This document shows, one piece after another, positions 62,186 through 64,000 of a stretch of 64,000 nt of DNA. Below the pieces are notes generated by a model that did no database searches, was not told the origin of the DNA, and was given only the letters and a program-made list of their open reading frames with translations. Positions within the stretch are counted from its first letter, which is position 1, and each line of letters opens with the position of its first letter. The position numbers and the translations under genes were made by a program. This DNA comes from Ginglymostoma cirratum (taxonomy: Eukaryota), in NCBI GenBank assembly GCA_024137785.1, contig JAHRHZ010000084.1, positions 6,736,321-6,800,320 on the forward strand. The letters run 5' to 3'.

Positions 62186-64000
62186 ATGTAAATAATACAC
62201 TTAAGGTAAAAGTACATAAGTATGAGAGAAGGAAATAGAAGGATCCGATGATAGTGAAATGTTGTAATGTGAGTGAGCATTAATCTGTGGACAACTGACA
62301 TGTTCCAGCGCGATATAATGTGTGTTACACCAAAGATATTCAAGAGAATTCTGACGGGCTAATAGACATTGACCAATGAAGGCAAAATGCTGACTGAGCA
62401 ACTTGTAGCAGTTAGAACTGTCTTCAACATGGAGGTAAGTTCCCACAAGTAGGGTCCATCACAATAAGCAGTGCTGATAATTAAACAACACTATGTTCAA
62501 ATCCTCCTCTGCCAAAAAAAATTCTCCAAGGAAATGGAGGAGACAAATACAAAAAAAAAGGTTTAGAACAATTTAATTGGGGGAAAGTAAAAGGACTGTT
62601 CAACAGCCTGACATAATCAAAACATAGGTCCAGGAAACAACAATGAAAATGAAACAAATTGCCCAACATGCCTCATACGGCACAGTATCTCAGCACAGTC
62701 CTAAAGTAAAGCCATGGTAGTGGAGGTGGGGTTTCCATCAAAATTACACAGAAAGAAGCAACGTTGGTGTGAAATAGGTTCAAGAATATAACCTTTAAGT
62801 ACTTTCTTCAAATTACATGAGTTGATGGGGTAAACATTGTATCATATCATTAACTATAAGAATCATTTGCGAAATTAAATTGTGCAATCGTAATTTAACT
62901 CCTAGTTCAAAGCACGATCCAAAACTTTTTCATTCATGGAACTGTTGATCACACTAACACACGGTTGATAGATTTCAGTGTAAAATAATGCTCTAAGCAT
63001 AAGGAACGCTGTTCGTAAGGTAGATACATAGAAAAGTGAGTGGTCCATCTTACCCTAAAGACATCCAGAGGCACAATGATCCTTCAATCAAACTAACCAA
63101 TTGATTCTTAAATTAAATGGGTTTCAGCATATTGACCAAAGCATGTTATGTAAAAAAAAACACCAAAAAGAATGCAATGTTTAGCATCCTGAAAACATTG
63201 CAAAGTACCTTAAAAGCAACTACATTTTGAAATCTATTTCAATCATGGAAATAAAACAACATGATGATTTGTTTTTGGTGGTGTTGGATAGCTGAGGGTT
63301 AAATTTTGACCAAGATATGGGGAAACCTCTGTGAACAGAAATATTTGAACATGGTGACAGGATCCCAAAAAGGCAGACGGAGCTCTGGTTTAATATTTCA
63401 TTCAAAAAGAAGATGGCTACAACATTCAGTATTGTTGACTGTTGAATACAGTACTGTATTTAAATCAATCAGCTATTTTTACGTTAATGGCTGACTGATT
63501 CTTCTATTTGTGGCTGAGCTATTGGAAGTGTTTTGCAGTTTATACTGTTACTTAAAGTTGGTGAGTCCACTGAAATGGATATGGCACATGGTGAAGGCTT
63601 CAAGAGTTTTGTTCAGGCAATGTGCCCTTGATGTAACAGGAGAGTCAGCGGAACTGGAACGAGGAGGGCAAGCTGCTTGAAGAGACAGATGAAGGAGGAG
63701 AGGGAGAAGTCCACCTCATCTTCAGGAAACACTGTTCTTAACACAATATCACTGAGGAGGAATGTGTACAGTGTCTTCAGTTTTTCAAGCAAATGCTCAC
63801 AACAATCAGGTGTCTCCTGTCAGCAGTCCAGAAAACTCAGAGCAGGCGTGGAAAGTATTGTCAGTGGCCATGGCCACAAATGTCATACATCAGGATCCTT
63901 CAGAACAAAGCAGGCAAAATCTTTACCATCTCCTAGTTTGTCTTCAATTGCTGTGCAAGAGTGGTGACTGATACTCATAATGCCAGGTGAAGGTGACTGA

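Noticed and set aside
62152-62343. Hydrophobic ORF ending at a GTAAG donor, as a possible TM exon
   Set aside because: AT-rich sequence gives hydrophobic translations in several frames, and there is no convincing acceptor or linked exons.

Overview
Repeat-rich vertebrate genomic DNA, almost certainly from a cartilaginous fish (shark), inferred from HE1-type tRNA SINEs, CR1/HER1-like LINEs and Penelope-derived palindromic repeats. There is one 100-N assembly gap. The main gene, assembled by hand from splice sites, is an intact minus-strand five-exon immunoglobulin-superfamily receptor (60298->39894, 320 aa): leader / germline-joined VJ-type V domain / C1-set domain / uncharged TM with CCKCC / tyrosine-free tail with CxxC and a basic patch. 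This is the architecture of a non-rearranging, antigen-receptor-chain-like molecule (NCR3/SIRP/tapasin/B7H6-type neighbourhood). Around it lie a clearly pseudogenised paralogous C1 exon (5908-6210), possible decayed V exons, and the probable last two exons of a convergent plus-strand receptor with a similar QCxxC motif and tyrosine-less ITIM-like relics. Together these suggest a birth-and-death V-C1 receptor cluster. Structural oddities: a ~15 kb inverted duplication with a 117-bp perfectly identical core, a ~217-bp-arm intronic hairpin, a direct repeat bracketing the TM exon, a fold-back Penelope element, and many short palindromic retro-elements carrying minimal hammerhead-ribozyme cores. 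Repeat boundaries were estimated by eye and are approximate; no database searches were run.
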